Assembly: GCA_903839725.1 (NCBI GenBank)
Contig: CAIMDG010000002.1
Location: 135,739 to 199,738, forward strand
Direction of reading: 5' to 3'
Length of the DNA stretch: 64,000 bases
DNA from: an uncultured bacterium
Lineage (GTDB): Bacteria > Patescibacteriota > Minisyncoccia > Phycocordibacterales > PALSA-1337
Part shown: positions 9,982 to 19,022 of the stretch, one piece after another
Layout: each line of letters starts with the position of its first letter
Position numbering within the stretch: the stretch's first letter is position 1
The notes under the pieces: model-generated
Told to the model about the DNA's origin: nothing
Database searches by the model: none
What the model saw: the letters and a program-made list of their open reading frames with translations, nothing else
Made by a program: the position numbers and the translations under genes

Positions 9982-10212
9982 TTAAGGTAATTTGTTGGTA
10001 ACGATTGCCGTCAATTGGGAGTGAACATACCCATTTGTGGAACATCCGCTTTGCAACCATTGAACAGTGGCGGCCGGATGAGTTTCAAGGTAACTGTTAA
10101 CTTGATTTTGCAATTTTGTTAACGCGTCATCACTGTCGATCAATTCCGAAAACAATTTAAACATATTTTTCAATTCTGGGTTTAGGTTGATACTGCCTAA
10201 AATCCTCAACAA
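9982..10212 (-). CDS. Small hypothetical ORF (76 aa), uncertain
   Basis: ORF only. Its start overlaps a 13 bp-stem nested palindrome at 10188-10238. Confidence 0.2.
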   Translation of the reverse strand: MLRILGSINLNPELKNMFKLFSELIDSDDALTKLQNQVNSYLETHPAATVQWLQSGCSTNGYVHSQLTAIVTNKLP

Positions 10213-10467
10213 TTGAGGGCTTTAGGCAGTATCAAAATAACCATACTTACTGTCGCGAAATATAGCACAATAAAATATATATGTCAAGATGTAGTGGAGA
10301 ATGGTGAGCCAAAGTTGGAACCAACTGTATCCTTGGGTATTTGAGAGCTCTGAGGCGATTGTGGGGGTTAGGGGGTATGAAAAGAGACTTAGTTTTGCTT
10401 GATAGAGTGCCCTGTTGGTATCACAAGATGGGAGTGGACTATCTATATGATGATACCATGGAAATTT

Positions 10468-10767
10468 CTATTTAAAGAGAGATGAAATTATATTATGCCC
10501 AGTAAGACTAAGAGAAACATTATTCAATAAAATTAATGCCGCTATGACATAAAAAGTCAAAATTCCAAAAAAGAAATATAGAGAGGCCTTAATTTTTGAA
10601 TTAACAATCTGACCCAAAAAATACATATTAATTGAGGTAACCAGCACAAAATAAATCACCATAACAATAATATAATTTAATACATCGAAGATTGAATAAA
10701 TAAATGAAGTGCCGTAAATAGCACTCCCAATTAGTCCAACGAGATAGTAGCTATAATATTTTCTCAT
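10468..10767 (-). CDS. Small polytopic membrane protein
   Basis: Hydrophobic throughout. The likely start is the ATG at 10767, because the longer ORF-track start (10833) would overlap the tmRNA 3' end. Confidence 0.5.
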   Translation of the reverse strand: MRKYYSYYLVGLIGSAIYGTSFIYSIFDVLNYIIVMVIYFVLVTSINMYFLGQIVNSKIKASLYFFFGILTFYVIAALILLNNVSLSLTGHNIISSLFK

Positions 10768-10791
10768 GAAATATATTGTAACATTATTCTG

Positions 10792-11180
10792 TGGAGATGC
10801 TGGGAATCGAACCCAGGTGCAATTGATATTCATCGAACGACTCTACAGCGATATCAGACCTTGTTCCACGAAGTGGATTTAATGATTGTGATCCAGAAAG
10901 TCTGAAAAACACACAATCACGATCTCATTCCGCCCGAAGACGGATTCAAGAACTGAAGTGAGAAGCTTCAATCCCCTACATCCAGATTATTACGCCAACA
11001 TCATAGTCAGGATCCCCATGAAGTAACGGCTGTCGTTAAACGAGAGCGAATGCGAAGTCCTTTTGACCAAAATATGGTGAAACGGTTGATTTTGCATTTA
11101 GAATTTCCATCAGATTTACGAGTTAATGGTGCTCGCGCTGCACGAACGAGAATGGTCAACTGTCGAAGCCGATCATCCCC
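10792..11180 (-). ncRNA. ssrA: tmRNA (SsrA), about 389 nt, CCA not encoded
   Basis: The 5' end GGGGATGATCGGCTTCGACAG matches the tmRNA consensus GGGGnUGAUnCnGGnUUCGAC. The 3' end is GCACCTGGGTTCGATTCCCAGCATCTCCA, with a T-arm and a 7 bp acceptor pairing with the 5' GGGGATG (one G-U). The gene lies directly beside smpB. A candidate tag reading frame starts at a GCA about 86 nt from the 5' end: GCAAAATCAACCGTTTCACCATATTTTGGTCAAAAGGACTTCGCATTCGCTCTCGTTTAA gives AKSTVSPYFGQKDFAFALV*. Confidence 0.8.
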
Positions 11181-11313
11181 GATTTTCCTTTCCCAGGGAA
11201 AATCGGATCGAAGATTTCTTTCGGCGTAAGCCGAGAGAAATCTGAGACCAGTCCTCCACATGTTATGTGTGAAGAAACATAATTCCCTGAGAAAAAAGTA
11301 AAAAACTCAATTA

Positions 11314-11760
11314 TCAACGATCACTAAACTCCCTTCTCACCGTCCTATCAGTTTCGCGCTTTTTGATACTTTCGCGCTTGTCATGCTGCTTTTTACCACG
11401 CACAACAGCGACAGAGACCTTGAGAAGATTACCCTTATTATATATTGAAATTGGCACTATTGTCAACCCCTTACCTCCTTCAATATCAGCCAAACGCGCA
11501 ATTTCCTTCTTGCCGAGAATGAGTCGGCGATTCCTGCGAGGTTCATAGTCTTTCGGAGTATTATTCTCCTGATACGGAGGTACAAATGTATTTACCACAT
11601 AGGCCTCTCCCCCACGAACGATGACATATGAACCATCGAGTGAGCCCTGACCTTTCTTAATCGACTTTACTTCAAGACCAATCAGCTCAATACCAGCCTC
11701 GATTTTCTCGAGGATTTCGTAGTTGAAATGCGCCTTTTTGTAGTCGATCAATGTGGGCAT
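11314..11760 (-). CDS. smpB: SsrA-binding protein SmpB
   Basis: MPTLIDYKKAHFNYEILEKIEAGIELIGLEVKSIKKG... is the canonical SmpB N-terminus. The gene is adjacent to the tmRNA. Confidence 0.9.
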   Translation of the reverse strand: MPTLIDYKKAHFNYEILEKIEAGIELIGLEVKSIKKGQGSLDGSYVIVRGGEAYVVNTFVPPYQENNTPKDYEPRRNRRLILGKKEIARLADIEGGKGLTIVPISIYNKGNLLKVSVAVVRGKKQHDKRESIKKRETDRTVRREFSDR

Positions 11761-11801
11761 GAGAATATCGTACCATATCGACTTTCATATGACGAAGCTA
11801 T

Positions 11802-12899
11802 ATGAGGTATAATAGCCCCATGAATAAAGAAACTTCTTGGCATCTCTACGCCACCAATGAAGAAGCATGGGAAGCGATGCTAAATGATTGCAGAAATGCA
11901 ACAGAGAGTATTTATATCGAGCAATTCATTTTTGTTGCCGATGAACTCGGACAAAAATTCATAGATATTTGTGTTGAACGTGCAGCAGCCGGAGTCAAAG
12001 TAAAATTCTTATGGGATGCTGCTGGCAGTTTTTCATTCTGGGGATCAACTATCGCAGAAGATCTCAAGACAAAAGGTATTGAGCTTATATTCTGGAAGAC
12101 TCTCGTCCCTTCATATACCAAACTCTCCAATTTTCGTTCATGGTACCTTCGTAACCACAGACGCACACTCGTTGTAGATGACAAGATCGCGTACACCGGT
12201 AGTATGTGCATATATAACCCCGTCAAACAGTGGCGTGACACCAACGTTCGCATCGAAGGTAATGCAGTCAGAGAAATGGCGAGTGCTTTTGATCGTATGT
12301 GGGCACGAGCCAAAGATGAAAAACTTCCCGACCGTATCCGTGCTCGAGATACCGAATTTCGCTATCTAACAAACAAGCCACGTCCCGGACAGCGACATAT
12401 TTATAGTCACCTCATCGATACGATTCGAGGCGCTCGAAAATATATTTACATAACCACTCCCTATTTCGTACCAACACATCGTCTATCTCGTGTTATCAAA
12501 CTTGCAGCTCATCGTGGAGTTGATGTGCGTCTCATTTTGCCAGAACGAAGTGATCATTACCCAACACTTGATCTTGCAGCACGATCATATTTCAAAACAT
12601 TACTTGAATCAGGTGTTCGTATATTCCTATACCAAGGAAATATGATTCATAGTAAATCCATCATCGTTGATGGCGAATGGTCTACCGTAGGCTCACTTAA
12701 CCTCGATTATGCCAGTCTGCTCTACAATTTTGAGGCCAATATTGTGACCACAAACGTCAAATTTGCCGAGGAATTATCGGCGCATTTCATTCACGACATG
12801 CATGAATCAAAGGAGGTCAGCCTCACGGAATGGAAAAACCGCTATTTTATCGAGAGAATACCTGAAATACTCATATGGCTCGTGAGGAAGTTCTTGTAA
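11802..12899 (+). CDS. Phospholipase D family protein (cardiolipin synthase-like), two HKD motifs
   Basis: HRRTLVVDDKIAYTGSMCIYN and HSKSIIVDGEWSTVGSLNLD match the HxK(R)x4Dx6G pattern. Confidence 0.75.
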   Translation: MRYNSPMNKETSWHLYATNEEAWEAMLNDCRNATESIYIEQFIFVADELGQKFIDICVERAAAGVKVKFLWDAAGSFSFWGSTIAEDLKTKGIELIFWKTLVPSYTKLSNFRSWYLRNHRRTLVVDDKIAYTGSMCIYNPVKQWRDTNVRIEGNAVREMASAFDRMWARAKDEKLPDRIRARDTEFRYLTNKPRPGQRHIYSHLIDTIRGARKYIYITTPYFVPTHRLSRVIKLAAHRGVDVRLILPERSDHYPTLDLAARSYFKTLLESGVRIFLYQGNMIHSKSIIVDGEWSTVGSLNLDYASLLYNFEANIVTTNVKFAEELSAHFIHDMHESKEVSLTEWKNRYFIERIPEILIWLVRKFL

Positions 12900-12962
12900 G
12901 TCCTGCCTCTTGCGTTCCTACCCCCTTATATGCTATAAATAGCCTCTGTAACCTTCAATTCA

Positions 12963-13472
12963 TTGAGTATTCGAGTCAAAATAAACCATCAAATCAAAGC
13001 TCCCGAACTTCGGGTAATAACCGCTGAAGGTGAAAACCTAGGCGTCATTACTACGGCGGCAGCTATTGCAGAAGCGCAAAAGCGCGGGTTAGACCTCATT
13101 GAGATCTCCCCTACCGCTTTACCGCCTATCGGCAAGATTATGGATTATGGTAAGTACTTGTACGATGAGAAGAAAAAACAGAAAGTTGCCAAAGCAAAGA
13201 CAGTCACCTCTGAACTCAAGATTGTCCAAGTCAAAATAGGCACCGGAGAGCACGATCTCGAACTCAAAGCCAAAAACGTATCCGGATGGATCGCTGAAGG
13301 TAACCGAGTCAAGATAGACCTCTACCTTATCGGACGTTCAAAATATATGGATATGAATTTCCTCAAAGAACGCCTCGATCGCATCATGAAGCTCATCACT
13401 GTTGAATACAAGATAGCTCAAGATGTTGTCAAAGGACCAAAGGGACTCAGTATCGTCATCGAAAAAAAATAA
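12963..13472 (+). CDS. infC: Translation initiation factor IF-3 (TTG start)
   Basis: IRVKINHQIKAPELRVITAEGENLGVITTAAAIAEAQKRGLDLIEISP. The TTG start fits the usual non-AUG infC start. It is followed by rpmI and rplT. Confidence 0.9.
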   Translation: MSIRVKINHQIKAPELRVITAEGENLGVITTAAAIAEAQKRGLDLIEISPTALPPIGKIMDYGKYLYDEKKKQKVAKAKTVTSELKIVQVKIGTGEHDLELKAKNVSGWIAEGNRVKIDLYLIGRSKYMDMNFLKERLDRIMKLITVEYKIAQDVVKGPKGLSIVIEKK

Positions 13473-13482
13473 CAAACATTTT

Positions 13483-13674
13483 ATGATTAAAACAAATAAA
13501 TCGTACGCAAAGCGCCTCAAAGTTACCCGTACAGGGAAGATTTTGTCACGCAAGCCAGGTCAGAACCATTTCAATGCAAAGGAGCGCACACGCGCTAGTT
13601 TGAGCAAGCGTCGCATGTCAGTTATCACTCACATGAAAAACAAGGCAAAGAGTCGCTTTTTAGTAAACCTTTAA
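13483..13674 (+). CDS. rpmI: 50S ribosomal protein L35
   Basis: MIKTNKSYAKRLKVTRTGKILSRKPGQNHFNAKERTRASLSKRRM is L35-like. The ORF-track N-terminal extension overlaps the infC end and is discounted. Confidence 0.85.
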   Translation: MIKTNKSYAKRLKVTRTGKILSRKPGQNHFNAKERTRASLSKRRMSVITHMKNKAKSRFLVNL

Positions 13675-13692
13675 TAATATAGATCAACTACC

Positions 13693-14037
13693 ATGACCCG
13701 TGTAAAGAAAGCAGTAAATGCCCTCAAGAATCGTCGTCGCGTTCTCAAAGCCGCAAAAGGTTATCGTTTTGCACGTTCACGCAAAGAAGCAGCTGCAAAT
13801 GACGCTCTCGCTCACGCAGGAGCATACGCATTCGCACACCGCCGCGACAAGAAAGGTGATCACCGCCGTCTCTGGAATGTAAAGATCAATGCAGCCCTTC
13901 GCCCACTTGGTTTTTCATATAGTAAGTTCATCGGCGCAGCAAAGGCAAAGGGTGTTCTTGTTGATCGTAAGATCATGGCTCACCTCGCAGAATTCAAGCC
14001 TGAATCATTCGCTCGTTTTGTAGCGAAGATCAAATAA
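13693..14037 (+). CDS. rplT: 50S ribosomal protein L20
   Basis: MTRVKKAVNALKNRRRVLKAAKGYRFARSR...RRDKKGDHRRLWNVKINAA is the canonical L20. Confidence 0.92.
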   Translation: MTRVKKAVNALKNRRRVLKAAKGYRFARSRKEAAANDALAHAGAYAFAHRRDKKGDHRRLWNVKINAALRPLGFSYSKFIGAAKAKGVLVDRKIMAHLAEFKPESFARFVAKIK

Positions 14038-14051
14038 TTCAAACTTTCACT

Positions 14052-14077
14052 AAAAAATCCCCTAATGGGGATTTTTT
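14052..14077. terminator. Bidirectional intrinsic terminator between rplT and the convergent ribonuclease gene
   Basis: aaaaaatcccc taat ggggatttttt: 5 bp GC stem with an A-run before and a T-run after. Confidence 0.75.
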
Positions 14078-14088
14078 ATTTATACCAC

Positions 14089-15480
14089 TTATTCCAACTC
14101 ATACCCTTTCAACCGTTCTGGCACTATTGCCTTCACACCCAACTCATTATTTAGACGCTGCGCGAGATGCATCGAAGCCCCAGGCTCACCCATCACAACG
14201 AATACCTGCTTTAGACGATCTGTACCAGTTGAAACAAATTCAACGAGGTGATCACCGTCTTTGTGTGCTGAATATCCATACAAGGTTTCAATCTTTGCTT
14301 TAACCTTAATTTCTTGACCATGAATAGTCACCTTCTTTGCACCATCAGCAAGCTTACGTCCGAGAGAACTAACTGACTGATATCCAACCAAAAGGATCGT
14401 ACTATTCGCATCAGGAAGATACTGGGCTTCATGACTTACGATACGACCACCGACAGACATACCAGAACCTGCGAGAATAATCTTTGCGCCTTTAACACGA
14501 TCAATAACCCCAGCTTCATTGCGTGACATGGTGTAATCAAGATTCTTGAATGAAAAGATATCATCCCCTTTCTTGATCTGTTGTTGTACCGCATCATTGA
14601 ACAAGAATGTACTCTCGCGATATATCTGAGTAGCGTTGATAGCCATTGGTGAATCGACGAAGACTGGCACTGAAGGAATTTTCTTCTGCTCAACCATATT
14701 ATTCAACTCATAGAGCAATACTTGTGTACGATCGATAGAAAAGGCAGGAATGACAAGCGTACCATTTCGAGCAATAGTATCTTTGATAACTTTCATGAAT
14801 TGATTGGTTCGTTCTTCACGGTCTTCATGATTACGATCACCGTACACACTTTCCATAATCATATAATCAACATCACCAACAGCTTCGGTGTCGCGCAAAA
14901 GTGGTGCGGGTGAATTGCCCAAGTCTCCTGTAAAAAGAATTTTTGTCTTATTCGCAGTATTCGCATTCATTTGTTGATTCGTAGTGATGCTAACTTCTAC
15001 CATCGCAGAACCAAGAATATGACCTGCGTCTTTCAAGAATACAGAAACATCATCAGTGACATTGAATGCGGTATGATATTCGATTGTCTTCCACAAAGGA
15101 AGTACATTCTCGACATCAGGGAGACCATACATAGGATCAATTCCCTCTTGCTGTGCCTCAGTGGCAATAATGTTAACCGCATCTTTCATAACAATTTCCG
15201 CAAGCTCTTTTGTCTGTGGTGTTGAATAGATAGGACCTGAATACCCTTCTTTGACGAGCTTGGCAATACGACCAACATGGTCAAGATGCGCATGAGTAAT
15301 GATCAACGCTGATATCTTTGAAATGTCATATGAGAATGATTCGTAATTCAATTCTGAGGCAGTGCGTTCACCTTGAACCATTCCACAGTCAATCAGTATC
15401 TTACTTCCAGCATCTGTTTCCAAAAGAAAATTGGCACCAGTGACTGTTCCAACTCCTGTGCAGCATGTAAGTGTATTCAT
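14089..15480 (-). CDS. Metallo-beta-lactamase-fold beta-CASP ribonuclease (RNase J or CPSF-like)
   Basis: HAHLDHVGRI (HxHxDH), a GHILGSAM region and a late YSAHKDGDHL motif typical of beta-CASP. 463 aa. Confidence 0.7.
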   Translation of the reverse strand: MNTLTCCTGVGTVTGANFLLETDAGSKILIDCGMVQGERTASELNYESFSYDISKISALIITHAHLDHVGRIAKLVKEGYSGPIYSTPQTKELAEIVMKDAVNIIATEAQQEGIDPMYGLPDVENVLPLWKTIEYHTAFNVTDDVSVFLKDAGHILGSAMVEVSITTNQQMNANTANKTKILFTGDLGNSPAPLLRDTEAVGDVDYMIMESVYGDRNHEDREERTNQFMKVIKDTIARNGTLVIPAFSIDRTQVLLYELNNMVEQKKIPSVPVFVDSPMAINATQIYRESTFLFNDAVQQQIKKGDDIFSFKNLDYTMSRNEAGVIDRVKGAKIILAGSGMSVGGRIVSHEAQYLPDANSTILLVGYQSVSSLGRKLADGAKKVTIHGQEIKVKAKIETLYGYSAHKDGDHLVEFVSTGTDRLKQVFVVMGEPGASMHLAQRLNNELGVKAIVPERLKGYELE

Positions 15481-15489
15481 GTATAAAAA

Positions 15490-15852
15490 CTATTTTCTAA
15501 TAAACAAAAAGGCAACAATACTTCCACCAATAATATCGTCAATCAGATCTTTTGTAGTATCTATATAATAGGCTTTGGTACCAACTGGAGCTCCAGCAAT
15601 ACCAAAATATGCTTCAAATAATTCCCAACAAACACCGACAATCAAAACACCTAACACAACATTTCGTCTATGTAACATGTGGGGCATAAATGAAGAGATG
15701 AGGGCAGAAACAAATAGTCCGATCGTTATACCACCGAGGATATGCATATAGATATCATATTGGAATACCGTGTAGTAGAAACCATCAAGTCCGGCCATAT
15801 GAGCAAGAAGCACTACTACTGCTGCAACCAAAGTATATAGATACATTTTCAT
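15490..15852 (-). CDS. Small membrane protein (4 TM)
   Basis: The likely ATG start is MKMYLYTLVAAVVVLL at 15852. The ORF-track TTG extension to 15894 runs into the palindrome element. Confidence 0.5.
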   Translation of the reverse strand: MKMYLYTLVAAVVVLLAHMAGLDGFYYTVFQYDIYMHILGGITIGLFVSALISSFMPHMLHRRNVVLGVLIVGVCWELFEAYFGIAGAPVGTKAYYIDTTKDLIDDIIGGSIVAFLFIRK

Positions 15853-15893
15853 TGCTACATTATACGTGAAGAGGTGCAATAAGACCAAAGACA

Positions 15894-16017
15894 ATCACCC
15901 CAGACAACACGGCCCCCTGAAGACTCCGTTACGAACGAGTATAAATGCCTAAAGAATCACATAATGAAACGATATCCCGCTGGGAAGTCTTCAGGGGGCC
16001 GTGTTGTCTGGGGTGAT
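15894..16017. repeat. Long-palindrome element (full-core type): 32-33 bp perfect inverted-repeat arms around a conserved core
   Basis: Arms atcaccccagacaacacggccccctgaagact (15894-15925) and agtcttcagggggccgtgttgtctggggtgat. The core ccgttacgaacgagtataaatgcctaaagaatcacataatgaaacgatatcccgctggga is related to the cores at 56423, 58796, 61435 and 63810. Confidence 0.85.
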
Positions 16018-16038
16018 TGAAAACCGAACAGACAGAAA

Positions 16039-16162
16039 GGCAGAGAGGAATATGGGCGTGGTGGGAGACTGCCCGGAGGGATATCGTCTTTTCATTTTGT
16101 ACTTTAGGCACAACTCCTCGTACGTAACGACGTCTCCAACCACGCCCATATTCCTCTCCGCC
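16039..16162. repeat. Long-palindrome element (full-core type, opposite orientation), 31 bp arms with 2 mismatches
   Basis: Arms ggcagagaggaatatgggcgtggtgggagac and gtctccaaccacgcccatattcctctccgcc. The core cccggagggatatcgtcttttcattttgtactttaggcacaactcctcgtacgtaacg is the reverse complement of the family core. Confidence 0.8.
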
Positions 16163-16425
16163 TGAAAAATGTGGAAACAAAAAACACCTCAATGAGATGT
16201 GTTTTGTTGGTTGCAAGAGTAATGTACCTGGTAGTCCAGGTGGGTGATCTCACACAGAGCACCAAGGTGCCTGCGAATTTGATCTCCCTAAAAATGTGTT
16301 TTGTAGGATTTTACTCCTGCAGCCTGAATATATTATATGCCTCGAAAAAAAGGAGTACAAGAGCACAACATAGTTGCGACACTTTTCTTGATTTCGAGCA
16401 AAGTTGACAATGGAACGATATAGCG

Positions 16426-17037
16426 CTAGTTGCCGAGGATCTCACTTAGATCAGTACCGTAGGTAATATGATCCATGAATAAATTGTAATCAAACAATTC
16501 TTCTTTTTTGAACCAATGAGCAATTTCATCTTTAGCTTCTGTGACTGAACCAGATGCATGCACCAAATTACGAACCGCACGCTTGTCACCATCACTCAGT
16601 GAATATGAATCGAGCACGAAGTCCCCGCGAATCGTACCAACATCAGAGGTGAGAGGTTCAGTTCCCCCAGTAAGCTTACGAACAATCTGAACAGCGTGAG
16701 CACCTTCCCAGACCATGACAACGATAGGTCCCTTGGTCATATAACTAATCAAATTTTTTAATACTTTTGCAGTGATTTCGAGCGGATCAGTGATAGGTGG
16801 AACAAGACCTTTGTCCTGATACCCTTTGATGGTCTTGAGACCTGTCTTCATGCGCCATTCTGGATCAAGTGTGTAGTGTTTTTCAATCAATTCCTCGGTC
16901 GGTATCATCATCTTCACGCCAACCAATTTGAGACCGACACGTTCATAACGCCCAACGATTTCGCCAATAAGTGCGCGCTGGATACCGTCTGGTTTAACGA
17001 TGATGAGTGTGCGTTCTTTCTTGGCTTGTTTATGCAT
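16426..17037 (-). CDS. ndk: Nucleoside diphosphate kinase
   Basis: ERTLIIVKPDGIQRALIGEIVGRYERVGLKLVGVKMM ... NLVHASGS. At 203 aa it is longer than the typical NDK. Confidence 0.8.
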   Translation of the reverse strand: MHKQAKKERTLIIVKPDGIQRALIGEIVGRYERVGLKLVGVKMMIPTEELIEKHYTLDPEWRMKTGLKTIKGYQDKGLVPPITDPLEITAKVLKNLISYMTKGPIVVMVWEGAHAVQIVRKLTGGTEPLTSDVGTIRGDFVLDSYSLSDGDKRAVRNLVHASGSVTEAKDEIAHWFKKEELFDYNLFMDHITYGTDLSEILGN

Positions 17038-17107
17038 GAAGGTGAATTAGTAGATTAGAGTAATGTACATATATTACTTCAAAGTGGTAGGAATTACTAA
17101 TATATGT

Positions 17108-17136
17108 AAAAACCGCCACAACTGAATGTGGCGGTT
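17108..17136 (-). terminator. Intrinsic terminator after the metallo-beta-lactamase hydrolase gene
   Basis: aaccgccaca actgaa tgtggcggtt, a 10 bp stem followed on the minus strand by ttttt. Confidence 0.7.
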
Positions 17137-17153
17137 GAATCTGAATGCCCATG

Positions 17154-18137
17154 TTACGCCGTAACAACTGACCCACCACGCTTTAACGCGGGAACATATG
17201 GAAGCTCATACACATCGTGTTCTTTGGCGAATACGACACGAGTTCCAAGGCCGGTGAGCGACTGCGTAATATCACCCTCAAACTTGAAAAGATCCTCATC
17301 AGGACGTTTGGGATCGTGATGGCCGATCAATGTCAAACGAGGTGCGTCATTCATGAGCTGATACGTCTGCTGAAGCATTGACGGAGTCGAGTGGCCCCAA
17401 TTCTTGCGCGACAGAGTCGTGTTACCAGGACCAATGGACTGAACGCCTTGATATTCGACGTCACGATATTGAACATCGAGATATGCAATTGCCGATTCTT
17501 TGATGAAGTCAGCTGTCGTTTCGCGAATATCGCCATTCGACAATTCATTGTCGGTAGCGATGACAATATCACCGCCCGGAGTCGAGATACGATATCCGAC
17601 AGAACCTCCGGCATGATTGAGGAGTATCGTTTTGACCCCGCCCATGATCGGAATCGTTTCGCCCGGATTGAATGAAATGAACGGGTGTTCAATTCTGAAC
17701 ATGCTCGGAGATACAGGCCAATACGGTGGTGCAAATAATTGTTTCATCACACCCGCGATTTCAAATTGACCGAGCTTCGGGCCGTATATTCCCTTCACCA
17801 CACTTTTGCGTAAAAGAAAGGAGTTTGTGACGAGACCGGCAATGTGGTCGAGATGATAATGCGTTTGGAAGATGAAGACCTGATTTACATCCTGCGCCTT
17901 CAACCATTCGCTCACCTGGCCAACGCCCGTGCCATTATCCACGATGATACCCGTAGAACCGACAATAATACCAATTGATGTGGTATGTGACCCAAATATT
18001 TGACGCGAGAACGGACGATTTACCACACGAGGTGTGTCATATTCCCGTAAATAACGCTCGCTACAAACAACACTGGAACCTGTTACTCCGCCCAGATATA
18101 GGCGGACCATTTTTTGATCGGGATGTTTAGTTTTCAT
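17154..18137 (-). CDS. Metallo-beta-lactamase-fold hydrolase
   Basis: IFQTHYHLDHIAGL (HxHxDH). Confidence 0.7.
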   Translation of the reverse strand: MKTKHPDQKMVRLYLGGVTGSSVVCSERYLREYDTPRVVNRPFSRQIFGSHTTSIGIIVGSTGIIVDNGTGVGQVSEWLKAQDVNQVFIFQTHYHLDHIAGLVTNSFLLRKSVVKGIYGPKLGQFEIAGVMKQLFAPPYWPVSPSMFRIEHPFISFNPGETIPIMGGVKTILLNHAGGSVGYRISTPGGDIVIATDNELSNGDIRETTADFIKESAIAYLDVQYRDVEYQGVQSIGPGNTTLSRKNWGHSTPSMLQQTYQLMNDAPRLTLIGHHDPKRPDEDLFKFEGDITQSLTGLGTRVVFAKEHDVYELPYVPALKRGGSVVTA

Positions 18138-18245
18138 ATGTCCAAATACTTGCTCATTTCTACCCTAAATTATGAGGAATGACAAGTACCTTTCTGATAT
18201 AACAGAATGTGTTCAGCATTCATAATACAATAGATTTTATCGAAA

Positions 18246-19013
18246 CTATGCCGTCAAAATCTCTGCTCCACTCTTGGTAATGAGCACGGTATGTTCAAAA
18301 TGCGCACTTGGTTTACCGTCAGCAGTGCGATAGGTGTATCCGTCTTTATCGAGTTTTATTTTCTTAGTTCCAATATTGAACATAGGTTCAATAGCAATGA
18401 CCATCCCAGGTTTCAATGTCTCCCCTATTCCCGGATCCCCATAATTTGGTACATATGGATCTTCATGAACTTCATACCCAACACCGTGACCAGCCAAATC
18501 TTCGACAATGCCATATTTGTTGGCAACACCAACACGTTCGATTGCACTACTGATGTCACCAACTCGACGACCACCTTTGGCCGCCTTTATTCCTGCTATG
18601 AGAGCTTCTTTGGTAATAACTAGTAACTTGGTGCATTCAGGAGAAATATTCCCAACAGGAACTGTAATAGCCGCATCAGTGATCATGCCTTTGTGAACCA
18701 AACCGAGATCAAGACTGACGATATCGCCCTCTTTCAATTCACGGTCATTTTCATTTGGAATACCATGAACAATCTCGTCATTAACCGAAACACAGAGAGC
18801 TGCAGGATACGGACGTTTTGCTCCATATGGCTGATAATTCAAGAATGCTGCTGTATCACCACCTTCGGCGATCAATTGCATGGCGCGGTCATTGAGTTCA
18901 CCAGTACGAACTCCCGGACGAGTCATGAGGGCCAATTCTTTGAGAATAGCTGCATGGCGCTTACCTCCTTCACGGAGAATAGCGATATCTTCCTTTTTCT
19001 TAATTCGAATCAT
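18246..19013 (-). CDS. map: Methionine aminopeptidase type I
   Basis: 255 aa. Metal-binding pattern D(103)LGL, HG...GYEVHE and HFEHTVLIT. Sits after adk as in spc/alpha operons. Confidence 0.9.
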   Translation of the reverse strand: MIRIKKKEDIAILREGGKRHAAILKELALMTRPGVRTGELNDRAMQLIAEGGDTAAFLNYQPYGAKRPYPAALCVSVNDEIVHGIPNENDRELKEGDIVSLDLGLVHKGMITDAAITVPVGNISPECTKLLVITKEALIAGIKAAKGGRRVGDISSAIERVGVANKYGIVEDLAGHGVGYEVHEDPYVPNYGDPGIGETLKPGMVIAIEPMFNIGTKKIKLDKDGYTYRTADGKPSAHFEHTVLITKSGAEILTA

Positions 19014-19022
19014 AGTAAAACA

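Noticed and set aside
10788-10870. Possible tRNA gene (GGTTCGATTCC T-loop)
   Set aside because: No D-arm or anticodon arm follows upstream of the T-arm. The acceptor pairs with a 5' strand roughly 390 nt away (GGGGATG), so this is the tRNA-like domain of the tmRNA, not a tRNA.
11007-11261. 84 aa minus-strand ORF
   Set aside because: It lies entirely within the tmRNA gene and its reading frame spans the tmRNA pseudoknot region.
16215-16425. Gene-free 210 bp with small palindromes (acctgg tagt ccaggt) considered as RNase P RNA, SRP RNA or 6S RNA
   Set aside because: No conserved RNase P (AGGAAAGUCCGG), SRP domain IV (GGUGCUGUUU...) or 6S-like bubble motifs are recognisable by eye. Left uncalled.
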